17,751 nt of DNA from Candidatus Hodarchaeota archaeon (GTDB lineage: Archaea > Asgardarchaeota > Heimdallarchaeia > Hodarchaeales > Hodarchaeaceae): the NCBI GenBank assembly GCA_016839785.1, contig JAEOTQ010000061.1, positions 1 through 17,751 of the forward strand, written 5' to 3'. Position 1 is the stretch's first letter, and each line of letters opens with the position of its first letter. This document shows, in pieces, positions 8,219 to 16,079 of this stretch. Below the pieces are notes generated by a model. It saw nothing but the letters and a program-made list of their open reading frames with translations. It made no database searches and had not been told where the DNA came from. Both the position numbers and the translations under genes were made by a program.

Positions 8219-9403
8219 ATGACGGAAATTTCATGTTTAACACATCTGGAATGCACGGCTTGTGGAGAACAGACACAACCAAATATCCCTCATACACTTT
8301 GTCTTACTTGTGGAAAGGTTCTGTTTGCACGGTATAATCTAGAACAAGCTAAGGCTATAATTCGTATATCAAAAACTGAAGGACACTTTACTAATCGCTC
8401 ATATGATATTTGGCGGTATCCTGAAATAATGCCTGTTTTACGACGTGAAAATCAGATATCATTAGGTGAAGGATGGACTCCGCTACTTCCCCTAGAGAGG
8501 AGTATAACTGATCTAGGATTTAGAAACGTTTACCTCAAAGATGAAGGTCAGAATCCTACTGGTACATTTAAAAGTCGGGGATTGTGTGTTGCGGTCTCTA
8601 AAGCAATTGAATTAGGAGTAAAGTCCTTTATTATTCCAACAGCTGGAAATGCTGGTGCAGCTTTAGCTGCTTATGCAGCACGAGAAGGTGTAAAGGCAGT
8701 TGTGGTAATGCCTGAAGATACTCCTCAATTACTTCAGTCAGAAGTAAGAGCCTTTGGAAGTGAGATTAAGCTCGTACCAGGAACAATCAGAGATGCAGCT
8801 GCAGTAGTACAACAAATTAAACAAGAAAACAATTATTTTGACGTATCAACTCTAAAAGAACCATATCGAGTGGAGGGGAAGAAGACTATGGCGTATGAAG
8901 TCGTAGAGCAACTAAGGTGGCAGGTTCCTGATGTAATAATTTACCCCACAGGAGGAGGAACAGGCATTGTAGGAATGTGGAAAGCATTTCAAGAAATGAA
9001 GGCGTTAGAGATGATAGGTACAAAAAAACCTAGGATGGTTGCAGTTCAATCATCTGGATGTGCGCCCATAGTAAAAGCTTTTGACCAAAAAGAAAAAAAT
9101 TCAGATGTATGGGAAAATGCTTCCACAATTGCTCCAGGATTACGTGTTCCACACGCGATTGGAGATTATTTAATTCTAGAAGCAATATATGAATCTAATG
9201 GAACAGCTATTGCAATAAGTGATAAGGCGATATTACTGTCAATGAAAGAACTAGCTAAAAAAGAGGGTATTATGCTTGCACCTGAAGCGGCTGCTCCATA
9301 TGCGGCCTTAACTCCTTTAATGGAGAGCGGTTTTCTTGAAAAAGATGAAACGATAATCCTTTTTGGTACAGGATCTGGTTTAGTATACCCAGAATTTTGG
9401 TAA
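8219..9403 (+). CDS. thrC: Threonine synthase (PLP fold type II, with N-terminal zinc ribbon)
   Basis: CTAC...CLTC zinc ribbon, SLGEGWTPL, LKDEGQNPTGTFKSRG (PLP lysine), TAGNAG, EPYRVEGKKTM, YPTGGGTG, TGSGL. Start reassigned from 8105 to ATG 8219. It could be a ThrC-like paralogue. Confidence 0.88.
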   Translation: MTEISCLTHLECTACGEQTQPNIPHTLCLTCGKVLFARYNLEQAKAIIRISKTEGHFTNRSYDIWRYPEIMPVLRRENQISLGEGWTPLLPLERSITDLGFRNVYLKDEGQNPTGTFKSRGLCVAVSKAIELGVKSFIIPTAGNAGAALAAYAAREGVKAVVVMPEDTPQLLQSEVRAFGSEIKLVPGTIRDAAAVVQQIKQENNYFDVSTLKEPYRVEGKKTMAYEVVEQLRWQVPDVIIYPTGGGTGIVGMWKAFQEMKALEMIGTKKPRMVAVQSSGCAPIVKAFDQKEKNSDVWENASTIAPGLRVPHAIGDYLILEAIYESNGTAIAISDKAILLSMKELAKKEGIMLAPEAAAPYAALTPLMESGFLEKDETIILFGTGSGLVYPEFW

Positions 9404-9479
9404 AAACGGGTAATTGATTGATGATGAAACGGTAAAGATCTTGGTAAAAATACAAGAAGGATCAAAATAAATCCCCCAT

Positions 9480-10805
9480 ATGAAATTACAACACAAAGTC
9501 ACCTGCTTCTACTGTAATAAAATACAGGCACATGATTTTGACTACCCTCCTCGGGAAGGGAAATTCACCACAGACGAGACAGCACTAAGATGTGCGATTC
9601 ATTCCCAATTTCAGTGTTCGAGTTGTAAAAAGTTTCATCATTTCAGTTGGTTATACTGGTGTGAAAAAGAACAGAAACTCATATGTGGTACCTGTAATTC
9701 ACCCACGTTAAAGCCTGTAAGTTTTTGGGGAACAACTTACACATATTGTTTTCAGTGTTCAGATTGTCAAAATGAACACAATGATTTATATTACTCTGAA
9801 TTCCAAGGAACCCATCCATGGCAGACTAAGAAGAAACGTTATACAAAAGCAATCATAAATCAGGTTGATGAGGAAGAAAACTGGATCCCTAGAGAATATC
9901 GTGAGGGAAAAAGCATTCAGCTTGAAGAGGCATTAACTATCCCAGATTTCGCACTAGCTATTAGAAAGGAAAAAACTACTGTTAAATTCCATTCGCCATT
10001 AATAAATCAGGAAGAGGTCAATCAAGTAGAAGTTCAAAACCAGTGGGAACTCAATAGCAGTCAGTGGATCAAAATAGTCAACGAAATAAGCAAAGACGAT
10101 CGAGGAGATTTAAATCGACAGTTAATCATTGATCCATCCATGTGGGAGTTAATAGGAGAAGTAAAAGGCTTAAGAGTACTAGATGCTGGGTGTGGGAACG
10201 GATATTTTAGTAGAGCACTTGCTCAAAAAGGAGCGAAGGTAACAGGAGTAGATCAATCAAGAGTGTTCATAGATTATTGTGAGAAAGTGGAACAGGAGAA
10301 AAAACAAGGGATTCAATATTTAGCTGAGAGTATGGAAAACCTAAACGCTATAGATAACGAGAGCTATGATCTGATCATTTCAAATATTGTGTTTATTGAC
10401 GTTTTGCATTATAGAAAGGCATTAATCGAATTAGCAAGAGTTTTGAAACCAGCTGGCAGGTTTATATGGTCAAACCTACATCCAGTTTTTGGTCGAATTA
10501 GTAGTATCTTCTACCGAATACCAATGGATACTCCACGGAATGAAGAACGATTATATGTAATGATTGATAGATACTTTGATAGTGGAGGAACCAAAATATC
10601 TTGGGGATCCATGGAACCAATATGGCAATTCGATCGTACTTTATCCGAGTATACAAGCGCTTTGAAAGAAGCAGGTTTCGTAATTTGTGAAATAGTAGAG
10701 CCTAAACCGAATAAGGATGATATTAAGAGACACCCCCGACATCTTGCCTTTGATGCAGACAGAATTCCATTTTTTATTATATACGAGTGTCAAAAAGCTG
10801 GATAA
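9480..10805 (+). CDS. Cys/His-rich N-terminal domain fused to class I SAM-dependent methyltransferase
   Basis: 11 Cys in the first 96 aa. The C-terminal half has VLDAGCGNG, VTGVDQS, YDLIIS, LARVLKPAGRFIWSNLHP and RTLSEYTSALKEAGF...EP. Confidence 0.88.
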   Translation: MKLQHKVTCFYCNKIQAHDFDYPPREGKFTTDETALRCAIHSQFQCSSCKKFHHFSWLYWCEKEQKLICGTCNSPTLKPVSFWGTTYTYCFQCSDCQNEHNDLYYSEFQGTHPWQTKKKRYTKAIINQVDEEENWIPREYREGKSIQLEEALTIPDFALAIRKEKTTVKFHSPLINQEEVNQVEVQNQWELNSSQWIKIVNEISKDDRGDLNRQLIIDPSMWELIGEVKGLRVLDAGCGNGYFSRALAQKGAKVTGVDQSRVFIDYCEKVEQEKKQGIQYLAESMENLNAIDNESYDLIISNIVFIDVLHYRKALIELARVLKPAGRFIWSNLHPVFGRISSIFYRIPMDTPRNEERLYVMIDRYFDSGGTKISWGSMEPIWQFDRTLSEYTSALKEAGFVICEIVEPKPNKDDIKRHPRHLAFDADRIPFFIIYECQKAG

Positions 10806-10842
10806 ATCTTGCTAGTGACATTTTATTTTGCCTGAAGACGGG

Positions 10843-11775
10843 TTATTCGGTCAAGTTCGCTAGTTGCACGCTAAAAGCTAAAACTTTACTGTACAATGAA
10901 GGTAAGAGCTCATGTTTTTCGAGTAATTTTTCTTTCTGAAATCCAAGGAATAGTACAAATCCAGATTCAGTAAAATTAACAATAAAAACACGATTATTGG
11001 ATTCAAAGAAGATTGAAGAGGAGGATTGATCGGTAGAATTCGCAAGATTCTGAGCTACCGCATTAAACACCTTTCTAATCTCAGTAAGTGAGATATGTTC
11101 AAAATTCTCAATATTTTCTATTTTTATTAACGGAACACCTGCTGTAGTAAAGATTTGCGCCATTTCAGCATCATTATGCTGAATAAAAGTGTCAACTAGT
11201 GGTTTGAGATTTTCATTAACTCCAGCTGTTTCAGCAAACACCTCACCCATGGCTCGAAAAATAGAGTTTGTAAATACGGAGGTTTCGAAATACCTCAAAT
11301 GAACGGGAATACCTACAAAAAGATGATCCGTAATGGTTTCACGGACTTCATCTTTTAGATTCCCAGGAATAAGATCAATTTTATGTTGAAATACATAGGC
11401 AGATGCTGTAGGACTATACTGGGTCAATTTTTTCAACGATTCATCAAGGTAATACTTAGCCAAGGTGATATCTTTAATCTCCTTGGAGTCAACTACAAAA
11501 ATAAGGGCTTTAACACCTGAAAAAATTAAATCCGAGAGTCCATCAGTGAATCTATCTAAGAAGCTGGTTTGACCCCCAAGATCGAAAATAACGATTTCCT
11601 GGCCCGCTATTGCAATTCTTTTCCTTTCATAGTCAATAGTAGGGTGATATTGTTCCTCTCCTATCGGTATATGGCCTTCAGTTACGGTTTTAATGATTGT
11701 TGTTTTTCCAGAGGCCTGTAGTCCAAGGATCAGAATCTTATAGACTTCTTTCTTCGCTAAATATGACAAAGACAT
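10843..11775 (-). CDS. Rag (Gtr1/RagA)-like small GTPase with C-terminal roadblock-like domain
   Basis: G1 GLQASGKT, G2 PTID, G3 DLGGQ, G4 HKID, G5 TSV, followed by an approximately 125-aa alpha-beta-beta-alpha-beta-beta-beta-alpha C-terminus. GAGGT RBS upstream of the ATG. Confidence 0.85.
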   Translation of the reverse strand: MSLSYLAKKEVYKILILGLQASGKTTIIKTVTEGHIPIGEEQYHPTIDYERKRIAIAGQEIVIFDLGGQTSFLDRFTDGLSDLIFSGVKALIFVVDSKEIKDITLAKYYLDESLKKLTQYSPTASAYVFQHKIDLIPGNLKDEVRETITDHLFVGIPVHLRYFETSVFTNSIFRAMGEVFAETAGVNENLKPLVDTFIQHNDAEMAQIFTTAGVPLIKIENIENFEHISLTEIRKVFNAVAQNLANSTDQSSSSIFFESNNRVFIVNFTESGFVLFLGFQKEKLLEKHELLPSLYSKVLAFSVQLANLTE

Positions 11776-12007
11776 ATACCTCGAAATTGAAAAATCGTGG
11801 GTTCTTCAATCCAGAACAATATAGTTGATGATTGATTTTCCACAATAATGACATATTAATAGTCGCATTAAACTCAAAAGGATATCTAGTAAAAGTATCC
11901 GTAAAAGAATCAAAAGAGAATTTCTTCGCTGAAGAAATAGACGGATAAACTCTTAAAATTCCCAATCGATAAATAGGATATAGTAACCCACCCTTAATGT
12001 GATTAGT

Positions 12008-12529
12008 ATGAAAAAAAAACCTCAACCTGCCAAATCATTACTTCAAATAGCGTGGATGCTACTCAGTGCAACGATATTGAGTATAATACTTGTATTTATT
12101 GTTAGAGAGTTGGGAGTAGAAGTTGTGACCGCAGTATTTCTTTTTCCCGTAGATATCACAACACCCTTTCCATTTAATCTTTTCGGACTGTTAATACTTT
12201 TGCTGGGATTTTTACTGGTCATAGCAGCAAATTTTCACTTGTTAATGGTAGGAAAAATAGGGTTAACAGACCGTGAACCATATCATACCCCTTCGACCCT
12301 CGTTACCTCGGGACCTTATAGATACACTAGAAATCCAATATATTTTGGAGTAGTCCTCATCCTTTTTGGTCTAGCAATTATGACAGCAAGTTTAACGGTA
12401 TTAATCAGTGCTCTTGGAGTATTTCTGTTTTTCTGGAGAGCTCTCGTAATATGGGAAGAAAAAAAGTTAGAAGAAACCTTTGGGGAAGAATATCTCGAGT
12501 TTAAAAGACGAGTTCGAAGGTGGCTGTGA
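12008..12529 (+). CDS. Isoprenylcysteine carboxyl methyltransferase / phospholipid methyltransferase (ICMT/PEMT, Ste14-like) family membrane protein
   Basis: LVTSGPYRYTRNPIYFG and EEKKLEETFGEEYLEFKRRVRRWL signatures with hydrophobic helices. Start is ATG 12008 or GTG 11999. Confidence 0.9.
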   Translation: MKKKPQPAKSLLQIAWMLLSATILSIILVFIVRELGVEVVTAVFLFPVDITTPFPFNLFGLLILLLGFLLVIAANFHLLMVGKIGLTDREPYHTPSTLVTSGPYRYTRNPIYFGVVLILFGLAIMTASLTVLISALGVFLFFWRALVIWEEKKLEETFGEEYLEFKRRVRRWL

Positions 12530-12547
12530 CACAAGCTTAAAATCTTC

Positions 12548-12943
12548 CTAGTTTTTAACAAGTTCTCTATGACTTATTTTGGAAACAATCACCCACGAGC
12601 CATTGGTTTTGAGCAAAAGCAGATAATCGGTACAAGTCCCATCTCCACTGGGGGTTTCGAGAAACCACTTTAAACGAACGCTTGCAGCTACCCCTGTAAA
12701 GTCGATGGATTCGATCACTGCAAATTGTTTCATTTCAGGGGAAGGGTGATATCCAGCATACTCAGAACTGGCGGGACTATTTTGGAAAACGATTGTATTC
12801 GAGTCAAAGTTAACTAATATACGATTCCCATCGGTATGCCAAGCTTTCACCACTTTTGAGTAATCACCCTCAATGACTCCCCGAAAATAATTTTCTACAC
12901 ACTCTTGAATTAGCTGAAACTCTCTCTCATCATCCAAGACCAT
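12548..12943 (-). CDS. NTF2-like protein (putative lumazine-binding family)
   Basis: IQECVENYFRGVIEGD...KAWH, IESIDFTGVAASVRL and TDYLLLLKTNGSWVIVSK match the family pattern. Confidence 0.85.
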   Translation of the reverse strand: MVLDDEREFQLIQECVENYFRGVIEGDYSKVVKAWHTDGNRILVNFDSNTIVFQNSPASSEYAGYHPSPEMKQFAVIESIDFTGVAASVRLKWFLETPSGDGTCTDYLLLLKTNGSWVIVSKISHRELVKN

Positions 12944-13263
12944 ATTAAGCTACCAAAAAGCACTATTTCTCCCAGCTTTTTTTAGAGTATTATTATGGTA
13001 AATAATCATTTTTTAAATTGTGATCAAAGTGATTCTGGTTTATTTGAAACACGAAGTAATTTTCTTGTTCCAATTAGTATTATCGTGTACAGAAAGATCA
13101 TTCCTTCTTCCAAAAATTCCAAGGGCTGCCTTCCAAAAGAAGTCCTTAGAGGTTCAGAAGAGACGATCCTCGTTCAATTTTATGATATTACTCATGCCAG
13201 AGCGTTTCTAGAGAGTAATCGTTTCATTTCAAGACGAGAGAAAAAGTGAGAAATAGTCATTTT

Positions 13264-13303
13264 GGGAGAAATGGTGAACATTTCCTTCCTTTCCCTTTTT
13301 TTT
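13264..13303 (+). terminator. Hairpin followed by pyrimidine/T8 tract, possible terminator
   Basis: GAAATG-GTGAA-CATTTC (13268-13284), extendable by GGGA/TTCC, then T8 at 13296-13303. Confidence 0.3.
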
Positions 13304-13353
13304 GTTATAGTCTTCTTAAAAAGTAAATAAAGTGGTAGGAATAGGAATAAAAA

Positions 13354-13648
13354 ATGATTTCAGAAGTAGGTGAAGTAATAATTCTTACTCTTTTTACCGT
13401 AGCGATTGGAATTCTAATTCTACGGAGAAAATTGAAGGAAAATCTCAAAATAATAGGTTTCTTAACTGGATTCATATTGTTTGTTTACGAATTATGTGAT
13501 GCTTGGCATTCCGTTTGGACACATACTTCCTGATATGAGTACAGTTCATATAGAAGGGGTGCATCATTGGATGATCGGTTTAGCTTCTATGATCGTCCTG
13601 ATGGTCTATTCTTTCTTTTCAAAATTCATGCAGAGAATTGAAAAATGA
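13354..13648 (+). pseudogene. Frameshifted small 3-TM membrane protein gene (about 97 aa if repaired)
   Basis: ATG 13354 gives MISEVGEVIILTLFTVAIGILILRRKLKENLKIIGFLTGFIL. The +1 frame continues LFTNYVMLGIPFGHILPDMSTVHIEGVHHWMIGLASMIVLMVYSFFSKFMQRIEK to TGA 13646-13648. Removing one T near 13480 joins them. Confidence 0.6.
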
Positions 13649-13682
13649 ACAACAACATTGAGAGATATCATACTACCTCATT

Positions 13683-14195
13683 TTAAGTATCTAAAATTCT
13701 TAAATACGGAACCCAAGGACCAACAGACTCTTTGTAACGTAAAGCCAAAGTTTCAGTGATTTGGAAAAGATGTGTCAGATCATGAACCACCCAAGTGGCT
13801 AAATGTTGTTGTAAGGTTACCTCTCCAAATTCAGGGTGAATTCCTGTTTTCTGAAGATCCTTAACAGTTACTAACTCCTTTAAGGTCTTAATATTTTGTT
13901 TTCGAAGTCTTTCAAATTGGTCCAATCGATCTTTAAGGGCTAAATGTTTATCAAAATCCTCTCGATCAAAAGGAGAGAATTTTTTCGACCCCTCAGTCGA
14001 GAGCATCATTTTTGTTCTGAGAATCCAATCAGTTCGCTCTCCACCAATCAGGTGGCCAATAACATCAGATGGAGAAAAAGCCTGATCATGTTTCTGAAAG
14101 CTTGTCCACTTGTCATCAAGGCCTTCTAATAATGCACGTAAAACCTTGGGAGTACGAGAGAGGATCTCAATTGCTTCTTGTAAATCGTATACCAT
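13683..14195 (-). CDS. DinB/YfiT-family protein
   Basis: LSRTPKVLRALL, FSPSDVIGHLIGGERTDW, GIHPEFGEVTLQQHLATWVVHDLTHLFQI, giving the three-His metal triad. Confidence 0.92.
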   Translation of the reverse strand: MVYDLQEAIEILSRTPKVLRALLEGLDDKWTSFQKHDQAFSPSDVIGHLIGGERTDWILRTKMMLSTEGSKKFSPFDREDFDKHLALKDRLDQFERLRKQNIKTLKELVTVKDLQKTGIHPEFGEVTLQQHLATWVVHDLTHLFQITETLALRYKESVGPWVPYLRILDT

Positions 14196-14217
14196 AATCT
14201 ACTACATACACTTAGGC

Positions 14218-14225
14218 TTTTATAA
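14218..14225 (-). promoter_or_regulatory. Archaeal TATA box (TTATAAAA) for a probably leaderless dinB-family transcript
   Basis: TTATAAAA on the minus strand 23-30 nt upstream of the ATG at 14195, with no Shine-Dalgarno sequence in between. Confidence 0.5.
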
Positions 14226-14280
14226 GCAGTGATACTCTGGCAATAAAATTTCCAAATAATGTTACTTCAATACTGAATCT

Positions 14281-14724
14281 TCATTGAAATTTTGATTTGA
14301 CAAGTATAAGATAGACCCCAAAAATCGCAGCAATAGCCAATGAGATAATCTCGGGACTTTGAGGATCAATAGTTGAAGGTAAGGAAAGAAGTCCATTCCC
14401 GACAAACAGTAAGACACCTAGCAGATTCAATGCCCAGGAAAAGCTAGTTAGATTCCACAAACCGAAACCAATAAACAGAATAATGGCTCCGACGATTATG
14501 AGACCCCCCATGAAAAGGAGAAATAGTCCTCCTATGACCCCAGCTAAATCTGTTCCAAGAATAGTGTCAGCCGCATTATCTAAATCGGCAATTGCTGTGA
14601 TAATGGTATAAAGACCCAGCAAAATGATTCCAATTCCAAGAAGCATTTCAATAAGTCCGACAACACGTGCTAACCATGTTGTCCAGTGTTTAGTATCATT
14701 TGGTGCATATGTTTGATATGTCAT
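14281..14724 (-). CDS. Hypothetical 4-TM membrane protein
   Basis: Gly/Ile/Leu-rich helices, GFGLWNLTSFSW turn motif, GGAGG RBS upstream of the ATG. Confidence 0.82.
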   Translation of the reverse strand: MTYQTYAPNDTKHWTTWLARVVGLIEMLLGIGIILLGLYTIITAIADLDNAADTILGTDLAGVIGGLFLLFMGGLIIVGAIILFIGFGLWNLTSFSWALNLLGVLLFVGNGLLSLPSTIDPQSPEIISLAIAAIFGVYLILVKSKFQ

Positions 14725-14942
14725 TTCACGAAAGCCTCCAGTCGGAAAGTAAATTTCTAGGCGCTTTGGAATGTTGGTTGGATCTAGGGACTAGAGCTAT
14801 ATAATCATCTCTGAATAGAAGAAAAAGCTATGGAGATACAAGCCAAAATTGAGAATGAAAATGAAGAATGAAAGGAATAATCTTCCCTCTTGAGGGGAAA
14901 AATTCTTCAAATAGCGGTACAAAAAATCAAAATGGGAGTAAG

Positions 14943-16061
14943 ATGACCAAATCTTCCAATCCATTTGATATCATTGTAGTAGGAGCGGGTCCAGGAGGAG
15001 CAGGGGCAGCTATCCACGCAAGACAGAATGGATACTCAGTTTGTCTAATTGAAAAGGAAAAAATGAATCTATCAGGGAGGTACAAAGCATGTGGGGGAGC
15101 AATAGATTGGAAGATGGTAGAGGTATTATCATATCCAGAAGAAAAAATTGAAAGAGTGATTAATACCTTAGAACTACATCATTTTGATGGAGAGAGCTAT
15201 TCTAAGAAAGGAACAGGGGCAGTGGTTTGGCGTAGCGTATTTGACAAATATCTAACTGAAAAAGCTGTGGAACGGGGAGCTAAGTGTAAAGAGAACGAAC
15301 CATTACTGACCATAAAAAAGCAAGACCACCTTTATGAGATATCCACAACAAAAGGAAGATATCAGGCAAAATATGTGCTCGCTGCAGATGGGGTATCTTC
15401 ACCAACGTTGAGAAAACTAAAATGGCCTCGTTTCGTAAAAGAAGACCTAATTATGACCGTTACCGAAGAGATACGATTAAACAAACAAAAAATTGAGCAC
15501 GATTTAGGGAAAAATTCACTACATCTGTTTTTCAGTATAAAAGGCCTCAGTCACCTAGGATATGGCTGGTTATTTCCAAAGAACCAACATCTCACGGTGG
15601 GGTGGGGAAATCAACTAATACGGGTTAAAAATGCAACAAAGGAATTCAATGCTCTTCTTAATCTGCCAATGGTCAGAACATGTTTAAAAAACTCAACCAT
15701 TGAAAGAATTAAGGGGCATTTAATCCCCGTTGGGATAAGACCTCAAATTTGGAATGAGAATGTATATGCCATCGGAGATGCAGGAGGATTTGTTGATCCC
15801 ATTAGTGGGAAAGGAATTCCTTATGCCATTCAGTCAGGCCAAATAGCTATTAACACAATTAAACAGTGCGAAAATAAAGATCTCCTAGATAACCAAGGAC
15901 AATATTATGAAGAAACACTCGATAAGACCTTTCTCCAGATATTAAGGAAGAAAAAGAACGCACGGGATAGGATTTACCAGAATGACCAAACTCTCAAACA
16001 ATTCTTAGCTCTCTGGGAGAAATATCGCAGTTCAGAAATCGTCCGAAGAGGATTAATCTGA
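14943..16061 (+). CDS. Geranylgeranyl reductase family FAD-dependent oxidoreductase
   Basis: DIIVVGAGPGG, KACGGAI, RSVFDKYL, AADGVSS, GYGWLFPK, IGDAGGFVDPISGKGIPYAIQSG. Start reassigned from 14868 to ATG 14943 (GGGAG RBS). Confidence 0.9.
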   Translation: MTKSSNPFDIIVVGAGPGGAGAAIHARQNGYSVCLIEKEKMNLSGRYKACGGAIDWKMVEVLSYPEEKIERVINTLELHHFDGESYSKKGTGAVVWRSVFDKYLTEKAVERGAKCKENEPLLTIKKQDHLYEISTTKGRYQAKYVLAADGVSSPTLRKLKWPRFVKEDLIMTVTEEIRLNKQKIEHDLGKNSLHLFFSIKGLSHLGYGWLFPKNQHLTVGWGNQLIRVKNATKEFNALLNLPMVRTCLKNSTIERIKGHLIPVGIRPQIWNENVYAIGDAGGFVDPISGKGIPYAIQSGQIAINTIKQCENKDLLDNQGQYYEETLDKTFLQILRKKKNARDRIYQNDQTLKQFLALWEKYRSSEIVRRGLI

Positions 16062-16079
16062 TCAGTGATTAACTCAGTA

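Noticed and set aside
8083-8256. Apparent head-to-head overlap of the O-methyltransferase (to 8256) and thrC (from 8105)
   Set aside because: Artefact of longest-ORF calling. Recognisable domains begin at about 8082 (-) and 8219 (+), leaving a normal divergent spacer.
12011-12019. A9 tract after the ICMT-like start codon as a phase-variation switch
   Set aside because: It encodes an ordinary N-terminal KKK in an AT-rich genome and the frame is intact.
12995-13249. 84-aa and 63-aa overlapping ORFs as genuine CDSs
   Set aside because: No motif or clear RBS and mutually overlapping. Left uncalled and discussed as an unexplained gap.
5-16061. A complete proto-prenylation pathway (prenyltransferase-like + ICMT + GGR + small GTPase)
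   Set aside because: The genes are scattered over 16 kb on both strands, and no confidently called complete protein here ends in CAAX/CC/CXC (the closest, ECQKAG, has Cys at -5). Each family is common on its own.
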